This document shows, piece by piece, positions 21,419 through 30,495 of a stretch of 64,000 nt of DNA. The translations under genes were made by a program, and so were the position numbers. Origin of the DNA: Leptospira sp. (GTDB taxonomy: Bacteria > Spirochaetota > Leptospiria > Leptospirales > Leptospiraceae); NCBI GenBank assembly GCA_034439575.1, contig JAWXAQ010000005.1, positions 83,108 to 147,107 of the forward strand, read 5' to 3'. The notes beneath the pieces were generated by a model, which ran no database searches, had not been told where the DNA came from, and was given only the letters and a program-made list of their open reading frames with translations. Each line of letters starts with the position of its first letter. The first letter of the stretch is position 1.

Positions 21419-21842
21419 GATTGTCTTTTCTGAAATGGAGATCCAATTTATTTTTATTTTCAGCAACAAGTCTCGTATAGTGAAGTGAAGCTACCTTTTT
21501 TATAGCATTCAAACCGAACCCACCATCGGCACCTGAAGCTAATTTTTGTTTTGAATCTGCACCAGTATATTTTGTTGGATCGAATGGCTTCCCAAAATCA
21601 ATCACAGTAAAGCAAAGATAATCAGTATATTCGAGGATTCTAATCTCTATTTTTTGGTCTAAACTTAATATTCCACCATGCTCTATAACATTTGTCACAA
21701 TTTCATCTAGGGAAAATATGATGCGATTTTGTAATTGTTTGGATACTAATTCAGAAACAAACTTTCTAATCTCACTTCTTAATAGAACTAAGGATCCTAA
21801 AGTCGGATCTAGGAAAATAATATTCTCTTTTACAACTTTCAT
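21411..21842 (-). CDS. RsbW-like anti-sigma factor Ser/Thr kinase
   Basis: 'DEIVTNVIEHG', 'DFGKPFDP', 'GGFGLNAI'. Confidence 0.88.
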   Translation of the reverse strand: MKVVKENIIFLDPTLGSLVLLRSEIRKFVSELVSKQLQNRIIFSLDEIVTNVIEHGGILSLDQKIEIRILEYTDYLCFTVIDFGKPFDPTKYTGADSKQKLASGADGGFGLNAIKKVASLHYTRLVAENKNKLDLHFRKDNHG

Positions 21843-21849
21843 TGCTTCA

Positions 21850-22191
21850 TTAAAAACTGGAAAGTGCCGCCTCGACAGTCGGGAAGATTTTTATTTTTTT
21901 TGTAAAATACATTAAATCCATTGTGTCTTTGACTTCTTTAGATAATCCGCTAAGGACTATTTCACCAGATTTTTCTTTTAAAAATTTCAAAGTAGCATTA
22001 AGCACACCGATCCCAGCAGAAGAAATGTAAGAAAGGTTTGCCATATCGAGCACAATATTTGTACTTCCATTTCCAATTATTAATTCCATCTGAAGCTTTA
22101 GATCAGGAGCAGTTTTTGCATCAATTTCGCCAGTCAATTTAAGCACCGCTGGATTTCCTACTTTTGTTTGTGATATTGTTAATTTATCCAT
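21850..22191 (-). CDS. STAS-domain anti-sigma factor antagonist (RsbV-like)
   Basis: 'LTGEIDAKTAP', phospho-Ser motif 'LSYISSAGIGVL'. Confidence 0.92.
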   Translation of the reverse strand: MDKLTISQTKVGNPAVLKLTGEIDAKTAPDLKLQMELIIGNGSTNIVLDMANLSYISSAGIGVLNATLKFLKEKSGEIVLSGLSKEVKDTMDLMYFTKKIKIFPTVEAALSSF

Positions 22192-23113
22192 TATCTTTCT
22201 TTTTTAACTCCTGCATTAAATCTTTAGATTGAATGATTCCGTATAATTTTCGTTCAAGGGCATCTATTTCGTAATAGAATTTAGTGTTGGGATCACCTTC
22301 GAAGATATATGCGAATTTTCGAATACCTTGAATTGCTTTTTTAGCATTTCCTTCCAATATTCCTTTTGTTACCGAATAATAAATATCTATCGCGAGAGTA
22401 TCCCATAAATTTTGTCTGAATCCAGCTTCTCTTTTATCGAGTGCCAATAATAAAGTTTCTACTTCGGACTTATTATATATTTCTGATTCATTATAGGTGA
22501 TGATATAATGGGATAACAATTTTCGACAACGAGCTAAGTTATTTGATCTTGTGGCTGTTAATACTTGTTGATAAAGATTGTGTATAGATTTTTCGAGATA
22601 AACTTTCTTTCTTGTCCCGTCTAAGCGAACCGTATCAAATGCTTCCCGCATATCATCCGCTGTAAAATTCTGAATTGTTTGTTCAAATTTTAATTCGCTC
22701 TCTTCGCTTGTAAGTTTAGCAAATTCCTTCAATGGCTTTTCAATTGCTAAAACAAATTCCGTTGATTCTTGTGCGCCGGCAAGTGTTGGCATTTCTTGCA
22801 TTCTTTCTAAAAAAAAGATACAGGCATCACCTAATGCGGATAAACTTTCAGAAATACTTTGTGCGATTAGGCGTTTGCAATGATGTCCAATGGCATGAGT
22901 ATAAGATGGGTCCTTGATATCTTCCTGGATTTTGTCCATGAGTTTAGCCGCTGTCGTTGCCAAATGGGCTCTATCTCTTTCAAAGCCCGCATAAGACAAA
23001 GGTTGATAGAGGTATGTAGTGAATTTTTTTTTGCCAGAAAGAGCCAGTAAACGTATGGTCTTTACTAACTCTAGGGAAAGTTCTACGGGGATAAAAGCTC
23101 TTCTATTTGACAT
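22184..23113 (-). CDS. Hypothetical helical protein, first gene of the partner-switching operon
   Basis: 309-aa ORF overlapping the STAS gene start; no motif recognised. Confidence 0.8.
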   Translation of the reverse strand: MSNRRAFIPVELSLELVKTIRLLALSGKKKFTTYLYQPLSYAGFERDRAHLATTAAKLMDKIQEDIKDPSYTHAIGHHCKRLIAQSISESLSALGDACIFFLERMQEMPTLAGAQESTEFVLAIEKPLKEFAKLTSEESELKFEQTIQNFTADDMREAFDTVRLDGTRKKVYLEKSIHNLYQQVLTATRSNNLARCRKLLSHYIITYNESEIYNKSEVETLLLALDKREAGFRQNLWDTLAIDIYYSVTKGILEGNAKKAIQGIRKFAYIFEGDPNTKFYYEIDALERKLYGIIQSKDLMQELKKKDNG

Positions 23114-23191
23114 ATAGCATTCGGAAACATTCCCTAAATGCTAATAGGCAGTCCAATGCGTAAAGCCAAATCTATTCGGCAAGTAACAAGA

Positions 23192-24481
23192 TTATCTCCG
23201 TCTAGATTTTTTTGCTGATGGTCCTCTTGATTGGCCACCAGATTGTCTATTTCCTTGAGGGCGACCTGATCGTCCCCCGCCACCACCACCGCCGTGGATT
23301 TTTGGAGCTTTGCCTGTATGTTCTTCTACTTTTGCAGAATGAAAAGCATGTTCACGATTCACTGGGATTTTGACATCAATTACTTTTTCAATATCTTTGA
23401 TTAACGACCGTTCATCGGCTTCGCAAATGGATATAGCAATGCCTTTTGCACCAGCTCTCGCCGTCCTTCCTATACGATGAACATATGTTTCTGGAACGTA
23501 CGGAATTTCGTAATTAATAACATGAGTTATAGCATCAATATCAATGCCTCGCGCGGCAAGATCTGTCGCAACCAAAGCGCGATTTTTCCCAGCACGAAAA
23601 TCTTCGAGTGCTCTTTGTCTCGCTGATTGAGATTTATTTCCATGAATGACATCGACCCGAACACCATTCTTTGCCAATAACTCAGCAACTTTATTGGCAC
23701 CGTGTTTTGTTTTTGTAAACACGATAACTCGATTCAATGCTTTGTCTTTAAAGAGTGAAAGTAATAGATCTTTTTTATGATCTTTGTCTACATACATTAC
23801 CGATTGTGCAATGAGTTCAACGGTGGATGATACAGGTGTCACATCAATTCTTATAGGATGCACGAGTATAGATCCTGCCAACTTCTCTATGTCAGGTGGC
23901 ATTGTTGCTGAGAAAAATAAGTTATGTCTTTTTTTCGGGAGAAAAGTTAAAATTTTACGTATGGAATGTATAAAACCCATATCAAGCATTCTATCTGCTT
24001 CATCTAAAACAAATACTTCTAGGTTTGATAAATTTATATATCTTTGGTCCATTAAATCGACTAGCCTTCCTGGAGTTGCGACTAACACATCAACTCCAGA
24101 AGCAAGTGCTTTCACTTGGGGAACTTGACCTACTCCACCAAATATAACAGCTGTCTTGATGCTTAAATTTTTTCCATAAATCTTAAAACTATCATGCACC
24201 TGGACCGCAAGTTCTCTAGTCGGTACAAGCACAAGACATCTAGGTTGTTTAGGGATGGTTTTTCGATTTTGTATAACGAGATTATGAAGAATTGGTAATG
24301 CGAAGGCGGCAGTTTTTCCTGTGCCAGTTTGAGCACAGCCGAGCAAGTCCTTACCTTCTAATAATAGGGGAATTGCTTGGATTTGTATGGGTGTAGGTAT
24401 GGAATAACCCGATTCTGTAACAGCCTTAAGGATGTGTGGATCAAGTTTTAAATCAGAAAAGGATTCTATTTTTTTTTGCAA
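23192..24481 (-). CDS. rhlE: DEAD-box RNA helicase, RhlE-like
   Basis: AQTGTGKT, PTRELA, DEAD, SAT, HRIGRTAR; Gly/Arg-rich tail; TTG start. Confidence 0.9.
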   Translation of the reverse strand: MQKKIESFSDLKLDPHILKAVTESGYSIPTPIQIQAIPLLLEGKDLLGCAQTGTGKTAAFALPILHNLVIQNRKTIPKQPRCLVLVPTRELAVQVHDSFKIYGKNLSIKTAVIFGGVGQVPQVKALASGVDVLVATPGRLVDLMDQRYINLSNLEVFVLDEADRMLDMGFIHSIRKILTFLPKKRHNLFFSATMPPDIEKLAGSILVHPIRIDVTPVSSTVELIAQSVMYVDKDHKKDLLLSLFKDKALNRVIVFTKTKHGANKVAELLAKNGVRVDVIHGNKSQSARQRALEDFRAGKNRALVATDLAARGIDIDAITHVINYEIPYVPETYVHRIGRTARAGAKGIAISICEADERSLIKDIEKVIDVKIPVNREHAFHSAKVEEHTGKAPKIHGGGGGGGRSGRPQGNRQSGGQSRGPSAKKSRRR

Positions 24482-24617
24482 GGTTTGCCTTCGTATTTCT
24501 TTCCAGGTTTTGGTAATGGCTTTGTTTGGATAGGGAAATAAATTGAAATAATTTTAACTTGTGGACAAGTTATTATAAATAAAAGTCAATTCTATTGACC
24601 ATTGGCCAACCCAAAAT

Positions 24618-25052
24618 ATGACACAGGTTTTTGAAATTTTTAGTCTTTTGAATTCTATAATATTTGCACTGATATCTTTTTTACATGTCTATTGGGCGTT
24701 TGGTGGTAAGTCATTCTTTTTATCAGCCATACCAAAAGACAGATCAGGAAAACTAATCTTCTCACCAGGGCCAATCGCATGTTTGATTGTCGCCTCGGGA
24801 TTGTTACTTTTTACTGCCTTAAATTTGTTAAATTTCTTCTCTTATTTTCCCAAGGAATATCAAAATTTCAACAAAGCGGCTTTCTTTTTGATCGCGCTAA
24901 TTTTTGGGCTCAGGGCGATTGGTGACTTATCCTATGTTGGATTTTTTAAAAAAGTTCGGTCTGGCGTTTTTGCCAAATGGGATACCTTGCTCTACTCACC
25001 ACTTTGTTTATTTCTTTCCCTTTCCCATTTAATATTGGGTCAAATTATTTAA
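24618..25052 (+). CDS. DUF3995-like membrane protein
   Basis: 'LHVYWAFGG...P', 'RAIGD..YVGFFK', 'DTLLYSPLCL'; four hydrophobic segments. Confidence 0.8.
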   Translation: MTQVFEIFSLLNSIIFALISFLHVYWAFGGKSFFLSAIPKDRSGKLIFSPGPIACLIVASGLLLFTALNLLNFFSYFPKEYQNFNKAAFFLIALIFGLRAIGDLSYVGFFKKVRSGVFAKWDTLLYSPLCLFLSLSHLILGQII

Positions 25053-25099
25053 TAAAAAAATTGACGATTTTATCCCTTTGAATCGTCTATAATATAACT

Positions 25100-25153
25100 A
25101 TGAAATCTTCCGCATTCATTCAAATTTCTCTACTCCTCCTCGAGCTCAAATAG
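25100..25153 (+). CDS. Leucine attenuator leader peptide MKSSAFIQISLLLLELK
   Basis: 17-codon ORF with a CTA CTC CTC CTC Leu run, directly upstream of a terminator and leuA; TATAAT at 25088-25093. Confidence 0.85.
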   Translation: MKSSAFIQISLLLLELK

Positions 25154-25215
25154 TTCGAGGGAGATAGAGCTTTTTGTTTAAGCCCGGTCCTCTCAAAAAG
25201 GATGCGGGCTTTTTT
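25127..25215 (+). promoter_or_regulatory. Ribosome-mediated transcription attenuator of leuA
   Basis: Segment 1 CTCTACTCCTCCTCGA pairs with segment 2 TCGAGGGAGATAGAG. Segment 2 can alternatively pair with AAGCCCGGTCCTCTC. The terminator follows. Confidence 0.8.
25180..25215 (+). terminator. Attenuator terminator hairpin
   Basis: AAGCCCG-GTCCT-loop-AGGA-TG-CGGGCTT followed by a T run. Confidence 0.85.
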
Positions 25216-25284
25216 GCTTTTAGCCCCGAAAAGCAAAAAAATTCCTCCTTCCAAAGACCGGCAAAAAGGAAGTAAGGAAAAAAA

Positions 25285-26472
25285 ATGAACGAACATAAAA
25301 CAAACAAAAGAAAAGTTTGGATACAAGACGTCACATTGCGGGACGGAAACCAGGCTTTAAAAAAACCTTGGACAAAATCTGAGAAAGAATCCGTGTTTGA
25401 CGCCTTAGTCGCGTTAAATGTAAATGGAATCGAAGTAGGATTTCCTTCCTCGAATCGAAACGAGTTTGAATCTGTACAGTCTTTGGCAAAAAAGGCACCC
25501 AAACACATAACAATTGCAGCTTTATCAAGGGCAAATGAAAAGGAAATACAAACCACTTGGGATGCCATTCAATTTGCAAAAACACCAAGGCTTCATATTG
25601 TTTATCCAGTCAGTGCATTTCAAATTCAAAACGTATTAAAAATTTCTAATGAACAAGTATTGGAAAAAATTTTTAATGCTATAAGTTTTGCACGAAAGAT
25701 TTCAGGTAAAGATACTAGCTTACAGTTTTCCGGAGAACATTTTGGAGATGCGATTGAAAATTTTGAATTCACCATAAAAGCATTTAACACTGCGATTGAA
25801 GCGGGGGCGACTGTGATCAATTTACCAAATACAGTGGAGCGTTATCGCCCCTTTTTGTTTGTCGATATGGTTCGTAGAGTCGTAGAAAAAATTCCAAGTC
25901 ATATAACAGTATCCGTTCATACTCATAACGATTTAGGTATGGCAACGGCAACGACGGTCGAAAGTTTTTATGCTGGTGCGACACAATTAGAAGTCGCATT
26001 GAATGGATTAGGTGAAAGAGCGGGCAATACAAATCTTTATGAAACTGCCATTGCACTTCATCAATGCGGCGAAGACGTCGATCTTAACTTTAAAAAAGTA
26101 TATCCTACTGCGAAATTTATTTCCGATTTAACAAAGATCCCTATTGGCGAAAAATCACCCATAGTTGGGGAAGATATATTTTCACACAGAAGTGGAATTC
26201 ACCAAGACGGTGTGACAAAAACAATTGGACAAAAAAAAGGAGCATATCGTACTTTTTCACCTGACTTTGTGGGCCGAGAAGACGAAGAAAAAATTTCTTT
26301 CACAAACCAATCAGGTGCCAAAGCGATCCAACATTTGTTATGGGAAGCTGGAAAAAAAATTGAGCCAGATAAAATCCAAATCCTATTTCACAAGGCTAAG
26401 GAAGTATCTAGCGCGGAAGAGAATCGAACCATTGAAATAGAAGAATTGTTATTTTGGGCAGAACAAGTTTGA
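25285..26472 (+). CDS. leuA: 2-isopropylmalate synthase, short form lacking the C-terminal regulatory domain
   Basis: 'DVTLRDGNQ', 'IEVGFP', 'INLPNTV', 'SVHTHNDLGMA', 'NGLGERAGN', 'HRSGIHQDG'; only 395 aa. Confidence 0.88.
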   Translation: MNEHKTNKRKVWIQDVTLRDGNQALKKPWTKSEKESVFDALVALNVNGIEVGFPSSNRNEFESVQSLAKKAPKHITIAALSRANEKEIQTTWDAIQFAKTPRLHIVYPVSAFQIQNVLKISNEQVLEKIFNAISFARKISGKDTSLQFSGEHFGDAIENFEFTIKAFNTAIEAGATVINLPNTVERYRPFLFVDMVRRVVEKIPSHITVSVHTHNDLGMATATTVESFYAGATQLEVALNGLGERAGNTNLYETAIALHQCGEDVDLNFKKVYPTAKFISDLTKIPIGEKSPIVGEDIFSHRSGIHQDGVTKTIGQKKGAYRTFSPDFVGREDEEKISFTNQSGAKAIQHLLWEAGKKIEPDKIQILFHKAKEVSSAEENRTIEIEELLFWAEQV

Positions 26473-26566
26473 AAACCATTCAGCTTAACTTCTATTTCAG
26501 TGTTGACAGTTTTATCATTGTTTGGTTAAATCTTGTCCGAGTCTTAAGGCTCTTATTGGAGAAACA

Positions 26567-28315
26567 ATGACAACAACAACTTTGATTCAAGGTGCTAGAA
26601 TATTTGATGGTTCAACAAAGCCATCTTTTGTTGGGGATATAAGAATCAAAGATGGCATCGTTCAGGAAATCGGAAATTCACTCAAAAAAAATGCGAAGGA
26701 AGAAGTCATAAATGCGAAAGGATTATGGCTCACTCCAGGATTTATTGATTTTCATACGCATTACGATGCAGAAATAGAAGTAGCACCCGACTTGTCTGAA
26801 TCAGTGCGGCACGGGATTACGACAATTGCGCTGGGAAGTTGTAGTTTAAGTTTAGCGTTAGGTGACCCTGTTGATCTAGCGGATATGTTCAGTCGCGTCG
26901 AAGCCATTCCCAGAAAGAACGTATTGCAAATACTAGAAAAAAGGAAAAACTGGAATAGTGCTAAAGAATACAAAGCACACTTAAACTCCCTACCCCTCGG
27001 TCCAAATGTAGTATCCTTTGCAGGGCATTCCGCAATTCGAGCTGAAGTCATGGGCCTGGAACGTTCTTTGACCAAAGGGGAAAATCCCACAAAGCAAGAG
27101 TTAAATGAGATGAAGGCCCACCTAGAAGAAGCACTTGATGCAGGATTTTTGGGTATGTCGATCAATACTCTTGTCTGGGATAAAATGGATGGTACTAGAT
27201 TTCGTTCTCGTCCCCTTCCATCAACTTTTGCTAGTTGGAGTGAATACCAATCCCTAAATCAAATTCTTCGCCGACGAGGGAAGGTTTTTCAAGGAGTCCC
27301 AAATGTTTCAACAAAGATCAATTTACTTATGTTTTTGTGGGAAGCCTTTGGAATCTTTCGAAAACCTTTAAAAACCACAATCATTTCTTTAATGGATGTC
27401 AAATATGATCCAAGGCTTTATAAATTATTAGGAATTATTGGTCGGATCACAAATAAACTTTTTGGTTCTGATTTTCGTTATCAATCCTTACCAGAACCTT
27501 TTGATTTGTATGCAGATGGAATGGATGTCGTCGTCTTCGAAGAGTTTGGTGCAGGTGCCTATGCGAATCATATTGAAGATGAACATGAACGTAAATTACT
27601 TATGAAAGATCCAAAGTACAGGTCTTGGTTTAAAAAACAATGGACCAATTGGTTTTTACCGCGCGTATTTCATCGAGACTTCTCAGAAACAAAAATTGTC
27701 TCCGCACCTAACAAATTACTTATTGGTAAATCTATCGACCAAATCGCCAAAGAAAGAGGAGTACATTCTGTCACAGCCTTCTTAGATCTAGTCGCAGAAT
27801 ATGGAAACGACATTCGTTGGTATACGGTTATGGCAAATCATAGATTGAAACCATTGCAAGAAATAGTCTCTCATCCAGACATATTGATAGGATTTTCAGA
27901 TGCTGGCGCTCATTTGCGGGGGATGGCTCATTATAACTTCCCACTTCGTATGCTTAAGTTAGTTTATGATGCCGAAAAAAATAAAACGCCATTTATGACA
28001 TTAGAATACGCAGTTCATCGTTTAACGGGAGAGATAGCGGATTGGTTTGGCATTGAAACAGGTTATATCAAAATCGGTAAACGTGCTGATCTTGTCCTCA
28101 TAGATCCAAATGAACTTAATGAGGAGCTAGCAAAAGATTTCGAAGCACCTATGCCTTTTATGAATGGTTTCAAAAGATGGGTGAGAAGAAATGATAAAAC
28201 CATCAAAAGAGTATTCATCAATGGTGCAGAGGCGATTAAAAATGGAAAACCTGTGGCGGCACTTGGTAAAAAGAAAATCTATGGCAAATTTTTAGAATCA
28301 AAAATGGGAACTTAA
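26567..28315 (+). CDS. N-acyl-D-amino-acid deacylase family amidohydrolase
   Basis: 'PGFIDFHTHYD', 'FSDAGAH', 'GKRADLV'; GGAG RBS before the ATG at 26567. Confidence 0.88.
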   Translation: MTTTTLIQGARIFDGSTKPSFVGDIRIKDGIVQEIGNSLKKNAKEEVINAKGLWLTPGFIDFHTHYDAEIEVAPDLSESVRHGITTIALGSCSLSLALGDPVDLADMFSRVEAIPRKNVLQILEKRKNWNSAKEYKAHLNSLPLGPNVVSFAGHSAIRAEVMGLERSLTKGENPTKQELNEMKAHLEEALDAGFLGMSINTLVWDKMDGTRFRSRPLPSTFASWSEYQSLNQILRRRGKVFQGVPNVSTKINLLMFLWEAFGIFRKPLKTTIISLMDVKYDPRLYKLLGIIGRITNKLFGSDFRYQSLPEPFDLYADGMDVVVFEEFGAGAYANHIEDEHERKLLMKDPKYRSWFKKQWTNWFLPRVFHRDFSETKIVSAPNKLLIGKSIDQIAKERGVHSVTAFLDLVAEYGNDIRWYTVMANHRLKPLQEIVSHPDILIGFSDAGAHLRGMAHYNFPLRMLKLVYDAEKNKTPFMTLEYAVHRLTGEIADWFGIETGYIKIGKRADLVLIDPNELNEELAKDFEAPMPFMNGFKRWVRRNDKTIKRVFINGAEAIKNGKPVAALGKKKIYGKFLESKMGT

Positions 28316-28487
28316 ACTATCAATTGATATAAAATAAATTTTTATGCAAACAAAATTGTTAAAATAATATACTGAATCGACAGAATTAAATTTCGCTAAA
28401 AAATAATCACGATTTGCTCTAAATTCAGTTCCAATTGCAGGCAAAAAACTTGAGGAAAGTATTTCTAGCCATGAGAATTTGGTTTTT

Positions 28488-30050
28488 ATGGGCTTATTGA
28501 ATCTACTTCTAGGCGCATTTGCTGCATTTTTGATTGCAACTGGAATCACTAAAGATCCAAACGTAGACAAAGGAAATGTAACGATCCAAAGTCCTCACGA
28601 AATCGTTCGTCCCAAAATGGATTTCGGAATCCTCAAGACAAAAGCAAAAAAACTCCAAGAGTCACCGTACTTAGAAGTTAAGCCCCACACTTCCAAAGAG
28701 TTGGCTTCTTTACCTTATGATAAATATAAGAATATTCGATTTTTGACTGAGAAGTCACTCTGGAGAAAAGATGGAAGTGCGTTTCAAATTCAATTTTTAC
28801 CTCCAGGACATTTATATAACCACTCCGTTTATCTAAATGAACTCATAGACGATGTCTACCAAGGCATTCCCTTTTTAGAAGAGTATTTTGATTGGTCTGA
28901 AGTTGGTAACATCAAACTCAGTCCCGAAATCGGACACACTGGATTTAAAATTCATTATCCTATCAATACCAATGAACATACAGATGAGTTCGCCGTCTTT
29001 CAAGGATCTAGTTATTTTAGAATTGTTTCCAAGGGTCAAGTGTATGGCTTATCAGCCAGAGGACTTAGCATTAACACAGGTTTAACGAATGTCCAAGAAG
29101 ATTTTCCTATCTTTAAAGAATTTTGGATCCAAAAACCTGGGACCAATGATTCTAAAATCATAATTTATGCATTATTAGATAGTAAATCTGCCACTGGTGC
29201 CTACCAATTCGAAATCACTCCAGGTGAAAATTCTAAAAGTATAGTCACAGCAGAAATTTATTTACGAAAACCAGTAGAAAAACTTGGGCTCACTCCCCTA
29301 ACAAGTATGTTTTGGTATGGAGAAAATTCTCAAATCCCACCTAACCAGGGATTTCCGGAAGTTCATGATTCAGATGGATTGCAAATACAAACTGCTCAAG
29401 GTGAAATGTATTGGCGACCGATTGATAATCCCAAAAAACCTCATACTCACCAAATTGAATTAGAAAATCCAAAAGGTTATGGTCTGATTCAAAGGGATCG
29501 TGAATTTGCAAGTTATGAAGATACCAATATGAAGTATCATTTAAGACCTAGTGCATGGATTGAACCAAATCAAAATTTCGGTAAAGGCTCACTTCAATTA
29601 TATAGATTCCCCACCAAACAAGACTCAGATGACAATGTAACTATGTTATGGGTTCCAAATGAAGTGCCGGAAGTTGGCCAACCAATCAATTTAGAATATA
29701 CAATTTATTGGAATGTGAATCCGCCAAAAAAAATTGCATATGTAGTTTCAACGCGTTCCAATCAAATCAAAGAAGGTGAACGTCAATTTTTCATTGATTT
29801 TAAAGGTGACATTTTACAATCATTTAACGAGACCAATCTTCCAACACCTGTTGTAGAATCCTGGAATGACCCTATTGACATAACGAATGTAAGCTTACAG
29901 ATGATTCCAGAATCAGAAAAAATCAGATTAAGTTTTTCAATTCCATCCAAACATTCAATTAAAAGTACAGAGCTCAAAGCCTATATCAAGGACAAAGAAG
30001 AAATCATTTCGGAAACCTGGATCACAACTTACGAACATGGAAACCAGTGA
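28488..30050 (+). CDS. opgG: Osmoregulated periplasmic glucan biosynthesis protein G/D
   Basis: 'YDKYKNIRF', 'FQGSSYFR', 'YGLSARGL', 'PLTSMFWYGE', 'PEVHDSDGL', 'GLIQRDR', 'RPSAWIEP'. Start uncertain. Confidence 0.88.
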   Translation: MGLLNLLLGAFAAFLIATGITKDPNVDKGNVTIQSPHEIVRPKMDFGILKTKAKKLQESPYLEVKPHTSKELASLPYDKYKNIRFLTEKSLWRKDGSAFQIQFLPPGHLYNHSVYLNELIDDVYQGIPFLEEYFDWSEVGNIKLSPEIGHTGFKIHYPINTNEHTDEFAVFQGSSYFRIVSKGQVYGLSARGLSINTGLTNVQEDFPIFKEFWIQKPGTNDSKIIIYALLDSKSATGAYQFEITPGENSKSIVTAEIYLRKPVEKLGLTPLTSMFWYGENSQIPPNQGFPEVHDSDGLQIQTAQGEMYWRPIDNPKKPHTHQIELENPKGYGLIQRDREFASYEDTNMKYHLRPSAWIEPNQNFGKGSLQLYRFPTKQDSDDNVTMLWVPNEVPEVGQPINLEYTIYWNVNPPKKIAYVVSTRSNQIKEGERQFFIDFKGDILQSFNETNLPTPVVESWNDPIDITNVSLQMIPESEKIRLSFSIPSKHSIKSTELKAYIKDKEEIISETWITTYEHGNQ

Positions 30051-30489
30051 AATAGTTTTGATCATTGAAAAACGTTTGCGAGTATTGGGTTTTACAGATC
30101 CACTTTGGATTGCAGAATCAATTCAAAATATTTTAAACAAAAGCGAAAACCAAAATCTAACTCAGGTTATGGATCAGTTTGATAAGTTTATTGAAGAGTA
30201 TTGGTTAAATAAACTGCAACTAGATCCTAAAAATTTTCCAGATATCAAATACGAAGGAAAATTTTTAGAACAATTAATGGAAGAGAATCATTTTGCTAAA
30301 AATGCCCAAATTTTAAAGGAACAATTTTCCTCGAGGGGAAAAGGATTTGGAAAAATGGTTCCAAGACCCATTGATTTTGGCGGATTTGCAAGGTTATCAG
30401 AAGATAAAATCGATAGAAAAACTTTATTTTTCACATCTATATTTTGGATTATAGTCTATTCGCTGATCACATATTTTTTTCTTCTCTAA
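30037..30489 (+). CDS. Hypothetical protein with C-terminal TM, between opgG and opgH
   Basis: 150-aa ORF overlapping the opgG stop and ending 6 nt before opgH. Confidence 0.75.
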   Translation: METSEIVLIIEKRLRVLGFTDPLWIAESIQNILNKSENQNLTQVMDQFDKFIEEYWLNKLQLDPKNFPDIKYEGKFLEQLMEENHFAKNAQILKEQFSSRGKGFGKMVPRPIDFGGFARLSEDKIDRKTLFFTSIFWIIVYSLITYFFLL

Positions 30490-30495
30490 ATTAAA

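Noticed and set aside
23274-23293. CCA/CCG triplet run as a contingency repeat
   Set aside because: It encodes the ordinary poly-Gly tail of a DEAD-box helicase.
25061-25066. TTGACG as the -35 for the leader promoter
   Set aside because: It is 21 nt from TATAAT, too far for a canonical sigma70 spacer.
25120-25588. Minus-strand ORFs over the leuA leader and 5' end
   Set aside because: Shadow ORFs antisense to a well-supported attenuator and gene; no motifs.
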